From the NCBI GenBank assembly GCA_964569695.1, contig CAZMUA010000012.1, positions 2,059 through 66,058 of the forward strand: a stretch of DNA of 64,000 bases, read 5' to 3'. The notes below the pieces were generated by a model. The model was not told where the DNA came from, did not search any database, and saw nothing but the letters and a program-made list of their open reading frames with translations. This document shows, in pieces, positions 1 to 9,604 of the stretch; the stretch's first letter is position 1; each line of letters starts with the position of its first letter. The stretch is from an uncultured Woeseiaceae bacterium (GTDB lineage: Bacteria > Acidobacteriota > Vicinamibacteria > Vicinamibacterales > UBA823). Both the position numbers and the translations under genes were made by a program.

Positions 1-468
1 ACTCACCAGAAGGAGGAAGAAGCCAAGATTTGCCGCGCCGGTAATTGCGCGGCCAAAATCTCGGTCAGCCCCCTGTAGAGCAAACCAGCGGTGCCAATAC
101 ATAGTGCTGCGCAAGAAGTGCCGCATCGGGCTGTCGCCATCGTTCAAAAGCGCACCGGTGTAACGACTGGCGTAAAGATAGTCACCCCGACCCACATTCA
201 AGGCAGCTGGTTCCCTTGGATCAGCACGCACAGTGATCGCGGATAGGGCGATTGCAGACTCGTCTCCGGCCACACGCTCGAGCAACTCGTCGATCGAAAG
301 CGGTGTTGTCTGTGAACTCCTAGCCGGAGCCTGGTACTGGCGGTGCGCCCAGTCAGTAACCTGTCTTTCATAGGTAAGCAGGACTCCGGTGACCGACAGC
401 ATAAGGATGACCGCCGAAACCACTACAGCCACAACGAAATGGGTCCAGAAAATTATTTTGCGCAGCAT
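1..468 (-). CDS. PepSY-associated TM-helix protein (PiuB-like); N-terminal part only, gene runs off the window edge
   Basis: Absent from the ORF track because there is no stop inside the window. Reverse-strand ATG at 468 opens a stop-free frame down to nt 1 (156 codons): MLRKIIFWTHFVVAVVVSAVILMLSVTGVLLTYERQVTDWA...STMYWHRWFALQG. An N-terminal TM helix followed by TG..L.Y, plus a later HRW motif, is typical of PepSY_TM proteins. The gene starts 21 nt after the TonB-receptor stop. Confidence 0.7.
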   Translation of the reverse strand, partial: MLRKIIFWTHFVVAVVVSAVILMLSVTGVLLTYERQVTDWAHRQYQAPARSSQTTPLSIDELLERVAGDESAIALSAITVRADPREPAALNVGRGDYLYASRYTGALLNDGDSPMRHFLRSTMYWHRWFALQGADRDFGRAITGAANLGFFLLLVS

Positions 469-489
469 CAAAGGTGCTAACACTCTCTT

Positions 490-2940
490 CTAGAAGCGTA
501 GTCGAAACCCAACTGTTGGGATACGAGGAAACCCCTGCGAAGCCACTTCGACGAGCCTGGGCACCGTTGAATCAGGATCATTGACGAGTTGAGGTTCAAG
601 TGCAACTGGATTATCACGACCCAATAAATTAATCACTTCAAAATAAAGCGACCACCGCCCGGTACTACCTCCGGGTTGGAATGTAGTTCTGAAATCGACT
701 CGGGCATAGTACGGCAGCTGACCAGAATTCAGATTCTCCACATTGCCATAATCAACGGTGTACATGAGATTTCCATCCAGATCAGTTTCTGGTACAAACT
801 TTCCCCGACCATCTTGCTTAGCAGACACCCGCAGACCAACCGGTGCTGTATAGGGAAATCCAGTGGCAATCCTGGCCGTAGCAGCCATGTACCAGAAACT
901 GGTCAGACGGGCGCGACCAACGGCATTGAATGCGTGACGTCGATCATATTCAAACGCGTACCGCCGACCATAACTTTCCCGATTGGCCCGAGTCCAGGCA
1001 TACGAAAGCCAGCCGGTTAGTGGTGCCGCAAGATTCGTGTGATTGAGGTAGACATCAAAACCATACGCATAGCCACCCGCCGCGTTTGTCGGATTACTCG
1101 TGATAAGTGGCGCGGTAGGAATACTGTTCTGCAAACTTGTAGAAAAATCATATTGGGAGATCCGAGCGGTTTGTTCAGCCTTTGTTTCAAGTCGACCAAT
1201 AAGCAGATCGTCGAATTTTTTGTAATAGCCCTCAACCCGGGCTGCCATCTTTGCTCCTAGGTCTTTTTCGACCCCGACCACAATATGAAGCGCTTTTTCG
1301 TATTCCAGTCTCAACTTCCGAGTGTCTGAAAGGTCGATAAAATAGTCTGACTGGATGAGCTTTTCATAGCCTGGACTTTGTGTGTACAGCCCAGTAGCGA
1401 GGCGCATCCTAGTACCACCACCTGGTGCATAGTTCAGCGCAATACGTGGCGAGAGAATTCCTCGTCCATTGATAGTGCTCCAATCCATCCGCAGACCCGG
1501 CTCGATGGACAGCCGCGAGGACGGTTTATAGGTATCCTGAATCCAGAAACCGCCACGCGTTCCAACGAGCAAGGAATCAAGATTGTCGGGTAATCCCACA
1601 CCACCACGAATACTCGATCCATTGGCTTCGATTCCGTTTCGGTCACCGCTGGTCGCAAACTTCACTCTCGTGTTCAAGCGATGAAGTTCAAAACCTGTAT
1701 TAATCAAGTGTTTTGGTGTCGCCTGAATAGATAAATCCTGTCGTACTGACAGGTCGCGCACCGAAAGCACGCGATCGAATACGATTGTGGCAAATCCGAA
1801 CGCGGCACCATCATTCGTGGAATTCGATCGCTTCGCATCTGCCCGTATCTTTCCGTTGAAGTCAAGAAGCTCACGATTACGATACCAAGACACGATCGTC
1901 GTTGACGTGCTACGAGACCCGAGAACCGCGTCGAAGCGGGCCGACGCCAGATCGTTTTTCACGTCAGACTGGAAAGCCGCACGTTGGCCAGACCCAGTCC
2001 AATTCTTGCTAAAATCTGCATCTTCGACACTGCTAAGACCCGTTAAACTGAATCGATGGCCCGGTCCGAACTCCCAACCAGCCTGCAGCTGAAAGTCGAC
2101 AAATGCTGGCAAATTTTGATCCGTTAGGCGATTGAGAACAAGGTCATAGTAGGTCCGACGTGCGCTGAACAACCACGTCCCGTTATTCGAAAAAGGCGTC
2201 GCCCCCTCTAGCACGAAGTTCCCGTCAGTAATGCTCAGCGCCGTAGCACCTTGAAACTTTTTTTCACCTGGACGATTATCGACAATAAGTAACGAAGACA
2301 GACGGTCACCATAGGCAACGCCGAAGCCACCCGCCGTGAGACTAAAATTCTCAACAGTTTCTGGGTTGAAGGCACTCGTGATACCAAACAGTCGGTACGG
2401 ATTATGGATTTCAATTCCATCCATGAGGGTCAGATTTTGATCAGGAGTACCCCCACGCACTGCGAGTCTGCTACTAAAATCGTCCGTCGAGGCTACGCCT
2501 GGAAGTGTGTCAAGGGCGCGGAAGATGTTATCGATACTTCCAGCAACTTCAAAAACATTCTCCGGTGCAATGACGTTAGATGAGCCTTGCTCTGGTTCAA
2601 TAGCCTCGCCCACAACTTCGACGGTTTCAGCAAAAGTGTTTCGGAATAACTGGACCTCGATCTCAAGATTTTCAACCAGCAAGGTCGTCACTAAATAACC
2701 ATCGACCTGGAACCGTAACCGTGGCTCTCCCTCACCAACTAGCACAGAAAAACGGCCAGCTTGATTCGTCAGGACCGTTTCTTCTTGACTAACAACAGAT
2801 ACCTGAGCAATCGGGGCCATTGTCACACCGTCGATGACAATACCCGTAACTCTGATGGAGTCTTGCGTCATAGCCAACAGTGGCCATGTAAACAATCCCC
2901 AAATCAACGTCGTGACACTAAGGAAGAAAAGTTTCGTCAA
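490..2940 (-). CDS. TonB-dependent outer-membrane receptor with N-terminal carboxypeptidase-regulatory-like domain
   Basis: ORF 490..3246. Plug-type motifs DTLPGV, LAVRGG and NLTLMDGIEIHNPYRLFG. Long beta-rich barrel ending ...TVGFRLRF with a terminal Phe. IRVTGIVIDGVTMAPIAQVSVV resembles the CarboxypepD_reg fold. A signal peptide (TKLFFLSVTTLIWGLFTWPLLA) begins right after an in-frame TTG at 2940. The ~100 upstream codons have no protein-like character, so the start is placed at 2940 and remains uncertain. Confidence 0.85.
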   Translation of the reverse strand: MTKLFFLSVTTLIWGLFTWPLLAMTQDSIRVTGIVIDGVTMAPIAQVSVVSQEETVLTNQAGRFSVLVGEGEPRLRFQVDGYLVTTLLVENLEIEVQLFRNTFAETVEVVGEAIEPEQGSSNVIAPENVFEVAGSIDNIFRALDTLPGVASTDDFSSRLAVRGGTPDQNLTLMDGIEIHNPYRLFGITSAFNPETVENFSLTAGGFGVAYGDRLSSLLIVDNRPGEKKFQGATALSITDGNFVLEGATPFSNNGTWLFSARRTYYDLVLNRLTDQNLPAFVDFQLQAGWEFGPGHRFSLTGLSSVEDADFSKNWTGSGQRAAFQSDVKNDLASARFDAVLGSRSTSTTIVSWYRNRELLDFNGKIRADAKRSNSTNDGAAFGFATIVFDRVLSVRDLSVRQDLSIQATPKHLINTGFELHRLNTRVKFATSGDRNGIEANGSSIRGGVGLPDNLDSLLVGTRGGFWIQDTYKPSSRLSIEPGLRMDWSTINGRGILSPRIALNYAPGGGTRMRLATGLYTQSPGYEKLIQSDYFIDLSDTRKLRLEYEKALHIVVGVEKDLGAKMAARVEGYYKKFDDLLIGRLETKAEQTARISQYDFSTSLQNSIPTAPLITSNPTNAAGGYAYGFDVYLNHTNLAAPLTGWLSYAWTRANRESYGRRYAFEYDRRHAFNAVGRARLTSFWYMAATARIATGFPYTAPVGLRVSAKQDGRGKFVPETDLDGNLMYTVDYGNVENLNSGQLPYYARVDFRTTFQPGGSTGRWSLYFEVINLLGRDNPVALEPQLVNDPDSTVPRLVEVASQGFPRIPTVGFRLRF

Positions 2941-3272
2941 GAGATTCGATTGTTGTTTAGGTGCCGGCTTATTTGAGAATTGTACAGCCAATAGTGGGAT
3001 ATTTCGCCAATATGACAAGAGTATTTCCACCGAAAACCTTGTTTTGTCAAAAATCTGTGCCAATTTGAAATCTTCGAGAAAATCGAGGGAAATCGAAACA
3101 ACAATTCTAATAGATAAGCTTGGCATCAAAACATTGCACAGCCTAACTAACACAGTAACAATTGGACTTAGATAAATGTAGCTGTAGACTACGAGATATT
3201 CAGACCTTGGACCTGTGCGGATGGAAAGGCCAAAAGTGTGGTTCAAGTGAATATTAATGTGGAGTGAACGCT

Positions 3273-4190
3273 ATGAAACTAAGCCGTCGACAAGTAATGC
3301 AATTGGGACTAGGTGTTGGAACTTCCCTACTACACCCTAAGCTGTCACTGGCACGGCAAAGTGCACCGCTTATCCAACGCCCGATACCTTCAACAGGTGA
3401 AAGACTTCCAATCGTCGGCATTGGCACGGCCCGGCGCTACAATGTGACAACAGCTGCAGACAAAAGTGAACTTAAAGAAGTCATCCGTTTGTTTTCGGAA
3501 CTGGGCGGTAAAGTGATCGACACTGCCCCATCCTATGGTGCGGCTGAAGATGTCGTTGGGGAAATTGTCGATGACCTCAAGATCCGTGACACATTGTTCC
3601 TTGGAACTAAGGTTCGCAAGGAAGGTCGCAGCGCAGGTCTGTCAGAAATGGAAACATCGAGAGAGCGGTTACGGACTGACATGATCGATCTTGTCGCCGT
3701 CCACAATCTCGTCGATACCGATACACAGCTCGCGACTCTACGGGAGAGAAAAGCAGAAGGGTTGATCCGTTACGTGGGAATGACGACTTCATCGAATCGA
3801 CAACATGACAATTTCGCCGACAAGATTAGCCGTGAACAGATCGACATTATTCAGGTGAATTATTCCCTCGACCGACGAGCTGTAGAAGATCGAATTCTGC
3901 CAATCGCTGCCGACCAAGGACTTGCAGTTTGGGTCAACCTTCCCTACGGCCGAGGTCGACTCTTCGATGCGGTTGGCGACCGCCCGCTTCCAGACTGGGC
4001 TGTTGAATTTGATTGTGAAAGTTGGGGCCAGTTTTTCCTCAAGTACCTCCTTGGCCACCCTGCAGTCAGCTGCGTAATCCCTGGAACTGCGAGAGTCCGG
4101 TATGTCGCGGACAATCTTGGTGCTGCTCAAGGGCGGCTACCTGACGAACGGCAACGGCAACGGATGGTGCGGTTCCTCGAGTCGCTGTAA
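3273..4190 (+). CDS. Aldo/keto reductase with twin-arginine (Tat) signal peptide
   Basis: Tat-type N-terminus MKLSRRQVMQLGLGVGTSLL...SLA. AKR motifs VIDTAPSYG, IRYVGMTTS and IPGTARVRYVADNL. ATG at 3273 is preferred over the track's GTG at 3264 because GGAG lies 8 nt upstream of it. Confidence 0.85.
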   Translation: MKLSRRQVMQLGLGVGTSLLHPKLSLARQSAPLIQRPIPSTGERLPIVGIGTARRYNVTTAADKSELKEVIRLFSELGGKVIDTAPSYGAAEDVVGEIVDDLKIRDTLFLGTKVRKEGRSAGLSEMETSRERLRTDMIDLVAVHNLVDTDTQLATLRERKAEGLIRYVGMTTSSNRQHDNFADKISREQIDIIQVNYSLDRRAVEDRILPIAADQGLAVWVNLPYGRGRLFDAVGDRPLPDWAVEFDCESWGQFFLKYLLGHPAVSCVIPGTARVRYVADNLGAAQGRLPDERQRQRMVRFLESL

Positions 4191-4195
4191 TCCAG

Positions 4196-5503
4196 ATGAT
4201 AGATCTCCAACCGCATACGCCATCTTGGCCAACGCGACTGCTACACAGAATTGTCGACGTGCGGAATGAAGAAGTCGCCGCCATGCTTTGGTCATGCGCC
4301 TACTTTTTCTGTGTTCTCGCCGCGTACTACATCATCCGACCAATTCGAGACGAGATGGGTGTTGCTGGTGGAGTCTACAATTTACCGTGGTTGTTTACTG
4401 GCACCCTAGTCGGCATGATTATTTGCAACCCCCCTTACGCTGCCTTAGTAGCTCGCTTACCCCGGCTCCGTTTCATAACGCTCTCCTACCGTTTCTTTAT
4501 GGGAAACCTCCTAGTATTTTTCCTACTGCTGCATCTTGCTACTGAAGCGCAGAACATTTGGATCGGGCGGGTCTTCTTCATCTGGACGAGTGTCTTCAAC
4601 CTGTTCGTCGTATCTATCTTCTGGGCTTTCATGGCGGATCTCTTTACAAGTGCTCAAGGTAAACGCTTATTCGGTTTTATTGGTGTGGGTGGCACGCTAG
4701 GTGCGATTGTTGGGTCTAGCTTAACCGTGAGGTTAGCAGAATTGTTGGGTCCGATTAATTTATTACTGATTTCAGTGGTACTGCTAGAAGTGGGCATCTT
4801 TGCCGTACGTCGACTTTCGATCATTGCAAGTCGATTTAGTGATTTACCTGCTACCGCTCACCCTGAAAACATAATCGGCGGCAGCATCTTTTCTGGCTTT
4901 AGCCATGCGTTGCAATCATCGTACCTACTAGGCATCTGCTCCTACATGTTTCTGTTCGCAATCGCTGGAACTGTCCTTTATTTTCATCAAGCTGACATTG
5001 TTGATGAGGCCTTCAACGATCGTGCAGTTCGCACGGCATTTTTCGCACGGATTGACCTACTCGTCAATCTACTTACACTGGGCACGCAAATGTTTTTGAC
5101 GGGTCGCCTCCTGAAGGTGCTTGGTGTAGCCCTTACCTTAATCTTGCTACCCGCGGTCTGCATGATCGGTTTCTCAATAATAGGTTTCGCGCCAACATTG
5201 TTAGTGATTGTGGTGTTTCAAACGCTGCGCCGAGCAACTAACTATGCTGTAGCCAGGCCGACTCGTGAACTCTTGTATACGGTGGTCAGCCGTGATGACA
5301 AATTCAAGGCAAAGGCATTTATCGACACCTTTGTTTACCGAGCAGGTGACCAAATTGGTGCTTGGACATATGCCTTCATGGGTATCATCGGACTTGGTAT
5401 GACTGGTATCGCTTTTGCCGCTGTCCCACTTTCCGCAGTCTGGCTAGGGCTCGGGCTCTGGTTAGGTAAACAACAGGAAGCAAAAGCCAACCTGTTAAGC
5501 TAA
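4196..5503 (+). CDS. Polytopic membrane carrier, TLC/Npt-like (ATP/ADP-translocase-related) MFS-type transporter
   Basis: 435 aa with about 11-12 hydrophobic segments. The opening EEVAAMLWSCAYFFCVLAAYYIIRPIRDEMGV matches the characteristic start of TLC/Npt-family carriers (FF..L..Y.I.R..RD). The gene starts 5 nt after the AKR stop. Confidence 0.6.
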   Translation: MIDLQPHTPSWPTRLLHRIVDVRNEEVAAMLWSCAYFFCVLAAYYIIRPIRDEMGVAGGVYNLPWLFTGTLVGMIICNPPYAALVARLPRLRFITLSYRFFMGNLLVFFLLLHLATEAQNIWIGRVFFIWTSVFNLFVVSIFWAFMADLFTSAQGKRLFGFIGVGGTLGAIVGSSLTVRLAELLGPINLLLISVVLLEVGIFAVRRLSIIASRFSDLPATAHPENIIGGSIFSGFSHALQSSYLLGICSYMFLFAIAGTVLYFHQADIVDEAFNDRAVRTAFFARIDLLVNLLTLGTQMFLTGRLLKVLGVALTLILLPAVCMIGFSIIGFAPTLLVIVVFQTLRRATNYAVARPTRELLYTVVSRDDKFKAKAFIDTFVYRAGDQIGAWTYAFMGIIGLGMTGIAFAAVPLSAVWLGLGLWLGKQQEAKANLLS

Positions 5504-5532
5504 TTCTTATCCTCAATCTGGAGAATAAACTA

Positions 5533-6045
5533 TTGTCGATCAGCACAAGAATCCTACTCGCATTGCCGACTATTGTTCTTGCGATGTCTGCTTCAACTCT
5601 TGCCCAGAACTCAGAACAGGCACGCAGAAGCCTTCAAGGCATTAACGACGTAGAGGTTGTAGTCGAACCAATTGGCCAAGACGCTGAAATCGACGGATTA
5701 ACCCACGACCAGCTTCAACAATCCGTTGAAAGTTATCTCAAAGGCGCAGGGTTTCCCTTGCTTCCCACTGCTTCCGCATACCTTTACGTCAATGTAAATT
5801 TCACCTATGGAAGTGGAATTTATATTTATTGTGCTGAAGTTGAACTGCGGCAATCAGTTCACTTAGAGCGTGAACCTGCCACGATTGTTCCCGAAGCTGT
5901 TACTTGGCAGACGGGTACAGTCGGTGCAATTCCAGCGGCAGATCTGGCAACAGCCATGCCGAACCAAGTGCTTCAGTTGGTCTCGATTTTTTTGCAGGAT
6001 TTCGACAGTACGAATCCGGGTCGGCTCACTCTTCCCCCGCGCTAA
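5533..6045 (+). CDS. Hypothetical secreted protein
   Basis: 170-aa ORF with a TTG start and a signal peptide ILLALPTIVLAMSASTLAQ. I recognise no catalytic or domain motif. Confidence 0.5.
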   Translation: MSISTRILLALPTIVLAMSASTLAQNSEQARRSLQGINDVEVVVEPIGQDAEIDGLTHDQLQQSVESYLKGAGFPLLPTASAYLYVNVNFTYGSGIYIYCAEVELRQSVHLEREPATIVPEAVTWQTGTVGAIPAADLATAMPNQVLQLVSIFLQDFDSTNPGRLTLPPR

Positions 6046-6062
6046 ATCAGACAAAACCCGGC

Positions 6063-6611
6063 TTAATCGGACTGTGCACTGTTTCGGAATGAACGGATCA
6101 CGTCACGCTTTTCCGTATATGCGGTCCGAGCCGATACATACGCGTCGTGGCTTACTCCTAATTCGCTAGCAATTTGTCGAATACGATTCTCCTCGACAGC
6201 CGAGATCGAGTCATCAGCCGCTGAGATAGCAAATACGCAGTCGAGTAATTCTCGACACTGTTCATCAGTCGCAATTTCTCGAAATTGACGAGTGACTAAA
6301 AAATCTTCTGTTGCACCAAACAACTCATTCTGATTTTTCGAAATCTGTACAACCAGCAGCGCCTGTGTTTTCGACAGATGACCAAGTTCTTGGACCATAT
6401 GTGTCATAAGGTCAAGTTCGTTATCGTTGATGTGTTGATCGGCATGCGCAATTCGACCAAGCACATACGCAAACGCTGCCAAATAGCGCGCGCGATCAGG
6501 TTCAAGGCAATCCAATTCGGCAATGATTCTTTGAACCGTTTCGGTATCGGTCCCGGTATCCTCAAGTTGGCTATCAGGTCGCTCAAGTCCTAAGAACTTT
6601 AAAATCGACAT
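6063..6611 (-). CDS. TerB-like (tellurite-resistance TerB family) protein
   Basis: Two TerB-type helical repeats: AFAYVLGRIAHADQHINDNELDLM and CVFAISAADDSISAVEENRIRQIASELG. About 180 aa and cytoplasmic. Confidence 0.7.
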   Translation of the reverse strand: MSILKFLGLERPDSQLEDTGTDTETVQRIIAELDCLEPDRARYLAAFAYVLGRIAHADQHINDNELDLMTHMVQELGHLSKTQALLVVQISKNQNELFGATEDFLVTRQFREIATDEQCRELLDCVFAISAADDSISAVEENRIRQIASELGVSHDAYVSARTAYTEKRDVIRSFRNSAQSD

Positions 6612-6633
6612 AGGTTATAACGACAGGTGACGG

Positions 6634-7716
6634 CTAGCGCCGAAAAAATCTGGGCACCGAACCTCTGGGGCTGGCGTCCAACATTACGGCCAACCAGCGA
6701 AAGTCTTCTGTATTTTCTAGTGCTATCTTAATGATGACCGTGAGAGGCACTGACAGGAGCATACCGACTGGCCCCCAGACCCAGCCCCAAAATACCAGCG
6801 AAAGAAACACCACCAAGGTAGACAAGCCCAATCTCCGTCCCATCAAATAAGGTTCGAGAAAATTCGCAAATACGACATTAATCACGAGGTACCCAATTGC
6901 AACAACCGCTGCATGGCCTGGACCAAATTGCACGATGGCAAATAGTACCGGAGGAATCGCTGCCAAAATCGAGCCTAGATTGGGAATGTAGTTGAAAATG
7001 GCGGCAACGAGTCCCCACAAAAGTGGAAAACCAAGACCAAGAAGTGATACCCACAAACCTACACAGATCCCTGTCGCCACACTAATGAGCGTCTTGATGG
7101 CGAGATAACGTTGAACTTGCTTGACCATGATTCCGAACCGCTCAACGTTCTGTAATCGATTTCCAAAAGCCATTCGTAATTTTTGAGTAAAACCAGTCGC
7201 CTCAAACAGAATGAATACCATCGTTAGAATTACGAGAAACGTATTTTGCGCAATGGTTGCTACTGCCCGAAGCGCAGCACCAACAAGATCCACTAGGGCG
7301 CCGGGATTAATAAGCTCCATTTCACCGTATTCCTCAGTCGTCACGCCTCGCGCTTGGAGCCAGCTTAGAGGCTGTGCCATTAATTCCTGTAACCGTGCTT
7401 GGTAACCAGGCGCCGCCGCCGTAAATTCGTTAAGCGACTGACCAACTACCACCAACAAGCCCACCAAGATCGCTACATTAGTCAAGACAGTCAATAGGAC
7501 CGCAAAAGCGATGGGAACACGCCAGCGCTTTAACCAGTCCAGAATTGGCAAACTGATGATTGCAAGGAAAACAGAGACTAAAAACGGCAGCAGTAATTCC
7601 CCAGCAGCACGTAATCCAGCGACTACCACGATTAGGCTGGCTGCAATGATAAGAAAACGGGCTCCACGATCGCGCGACCGGTCCTCGTAAGCTACCATCT
7701 CATCAGAAACTCCCAA
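6634..7716 (-). CDS. AI-2E family transporter (PerM/YhhT-like permease)
   Basis: Multi-TM protein with family hallmarks FNYIPNLGSILAAIPPVLFAIVQ and LEPYLMGRRLGLSTLVVFLSLVFWGWVWGPVGMLLSVPLT. The start is ambiguous: TTG at 7716 or ATG at 7698. Confidence 0.85.
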   Translation of the reverse strand: MGVSDEMVAYEDRSRDRGARFLIIAASLIVVVAGLRAAGELLLPFLVSVFLAIISLPILDWLKRWRVPIAFAVLLTVLTNVAILVGLLVVVGQSLNEFTAAAPGYQARLQELMAQPLSWLQARGVTTEEYGEMELINPGALVDLVGAALRAVATIAQNTFLVILTMVFILFEATGFTQKLRMAFGNRLQNVERFGIMVKQVQRYLAIKTLISVATGICVGLWVSLLGLGFPLLWGLVAAIFNYIPNLGSILAAIPPVLFAIVQFGPGHAAVVAIGYLVINVVFANFLEPYLMGRRLGLSTLVVFLSLVFWGWVWGPVGMLLSVPLTVIIKIALENTEDFRWLAVMLDASPRGSVPRFFRR

Positions 7717-8092
7717 AAAATTGGTCCTAGGTGACCAAAATCAAGCGTATTTTCTCAGTTTTTAACAATCTGCGCTAGTCACTACGGACATACTATCGTA
7801 CCAAGATCCTATCTCGAACATCATCGACTGCACACGATTGCGCACAAGGGAACGTTGTGATGAAACAATGAGAACTTGCAGTCTATTCCCAGGGTAACGA
7901 CTAAGATCAAAACAAGAAAATACAGGCTGGTAATGCTTGGTTCGCATCGTAGTCCGTGAGACAGGTATACTAAATAGAACCAGCGTTAGAAAAGTCGGTT
8001 GGTGTGAACTAGTCGACAGCGACCAAGGCACATAACAATCTAATTGACCAAGGTAACCCAGGTGTCAATCGACATCTTCAAATTGGAGTCAC

Positions 8093-8179
8093 GCGAAAGT
8101 GGCGGAACTGGCAGACGCGCCGGATTTAGGATCCGGTAGCCGCAAGGCTATGGGGGTTCAACTCCCCCCTTTCGCACCA
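8093..8179 (+). tRNA. tRNA-Leu (anticodon TAG, reads CUA/CUG), class II with long variable arm, CCA encoded
   Basis: Hand-folded cloverleaf. Acceptor stem GCGAAAG/CTTTCGC. D stem GCG/CGC. Anticodon stem CCGGA/TCCGG with loop TTTAGGA (anticodon at 8127-8129). Long variable arm. T arm GGGGG-TTCAACT-CCCCC. Discriminator A, then CCA at 8177-8179. Confidence 0.93.
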
Positions 8180-8261
8180 ACACAGTAACCGCTGATCACT
8201 TAAGGCTCCCTCAATATCTGGTGCGATCTGAAAGCAAGAATCCGTCAGCTTGTAATTAATC

Positions 8262-9563
8262 ATGAAAACCGAATTTGTTGATATCAGCGATACGGAAAAG
8301 AATCTCGTCTTCGAGATTCCAAGTGACGTAGTCGACGCCGAGATCGAACGTGTTGCACTAAATTATAGACAATCCGCTCGTATACCTGGCTTTCGACGCG
8401 GTAAAGTGCCAACAAAAATTGTACGGCAGCGTTTTCGAGATCAGATTCTCCATGATGTCGCACACGAATTAATACCACGCGCAGTTGACGATGCCTTGCG
8501 GGAGCGTGGACTGGAACCTATCGAAACGCCGAGCATTCGTGATGGCCTAGTCAAAGAAGGCGAAGTGCTTACATTTACCGCTTCTTTTGAAACAGTTCCA
8601 CCTATTGAACTTGGGGACTATGGGTCGCTCTCATCGTCCAGACCGTCCACAGAGATTAGCGATGACGACATCGAACAGGCATTCACGCGATTACGTGATC
8701 AGGCGGCACGTTTTGATCCGGTTGATGATCGACCGGTTCAACAAGCCGATTCTGTAATCATAGATCTAACACGTCAGGTTGAGCACAACGATTCGGTTGA
8801 CAAATCAACACCAACTGAACCAGAACGACACGAAGATATTGCCGTTGAGATTGGCGCATCGATCAACCCTCCTGGTTTCGATAAAGAACTGCTTGGTCTC
8901 GAGGTTGGTGCCACTAAAGAATTCACGTTATCTTACCCAATGGACTACACACCAAAAGAGTTAGCCGGGGTGAAAGCAATTTACTCAGTAACTATCAAAG
9001 CTATAAAAACCCGAGTCGTGCCAGAACTGGATGATGAATTCGCTAAAGATATTGGTCCCTTTGATTCTCTGGTCGAATTACGGGAACAAGTCGTCGAAAA
9101 CCTTCAACGTGAATCCGAAGAAGCAGCAGATCAGCAAGTGCGCGCAAACGTACTAAAACAAATGTCCGGGCGTGCACAATTCGAAGTGCCTGAAGTGCTG
9201 GTAAAAAAGGAAACCGACCGACGAGTTGAAGAACTCGCACGGCGATTAATCCAGCAACAGGTTGACCCAATGAAAGCAAATATTAACTGGGAAGAGTTCC
9301 GAGAACAGCAGCGTGAACCTGCAATCGAGGCAGTGCGTAGCGCATTGGTACTTGATGAAATTGCACGCTGCGAAAATCTCACCGTCGAAGATACAGATAT
9401 CGATCGTGAGGTTGCACGCTATGCAGAACGTGCTGGTCGTACACCTGCAGCCCTTCGAGCACGATTAGAAAAAGAAGGTGGATTACATCGTCTGCAGACA
9501 AGTGTCCGTCGTGAAAAAGCTGTTGATTTCTTACTATCGCGTACAACAATAGCAACAGAGTAA
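8262..9563 (+). CDS. tig: Trigger factor
   Basis: 433 aa. N-terminal ribosome-binding signature GFRRGKVP. FKBP-like middle domain and helical C-terminal domain. Canonical tig-clpP-clpX-lon context. Confidence 0.95.
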   Translation: MKTEFVDISDTEKNLVFEIPSDVVDAEIERVALNYRQSARIPGFRRGKVPTKIVRQRFRDQILHDVAHELIPRAVDDALRERGLEPIETPSIRDGLVKEGEVLTFTASFETVPPIELGDYGSLSSSRPSTEISDDDIEQAFTRLRDQAARFDPVDDRPVQQADSVIIDLTRQVEHNDSVDKSTPTEPERHEDIAVEIGASINPPGFDKELLGLEVGATKEFTLSYPMDYTPKELAGVKAIYSVTIKAIKTRVVPELDDEFAKDIGPFDSLVELREQVVENLQRESEEAADQQVRANVLKQMSGRAQFEVPEVLVKKETDRRVEELARRLIQQQVDPMKANINWEEFREQQREPAIEAVRSALVLDEIARCENLTVEDTDIDREVARYAERAGRTPAALRARLEKEGGLHRLQTSVRREKAVDFLLSRTTIATE

Positions 9564-9604
9564 GAACTTAATAATCCTTCATATTTAGAAATTGAGAAAA
9601 ATCA

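Noticed and set aside
2941-3246. About 100-codon N-terminal extension of the TonB-receptor ORF in the track (TTG at 3246).
   Set aside because: The extension precedes the obvious signal peptide and has no protein-like character. It would also occupy the divergent promoter region shared with the AKR gene. An in-frame TTG at 2940, directly before the signal peptide, is a better start.
7762-8031. 89-aa GTG-initiated ORF between the AI-2E gene and tRNA-Leu.
   Set aside because: No RBS, odd composition and no motif. Treated as non-coding, and the gap is flagged separately.
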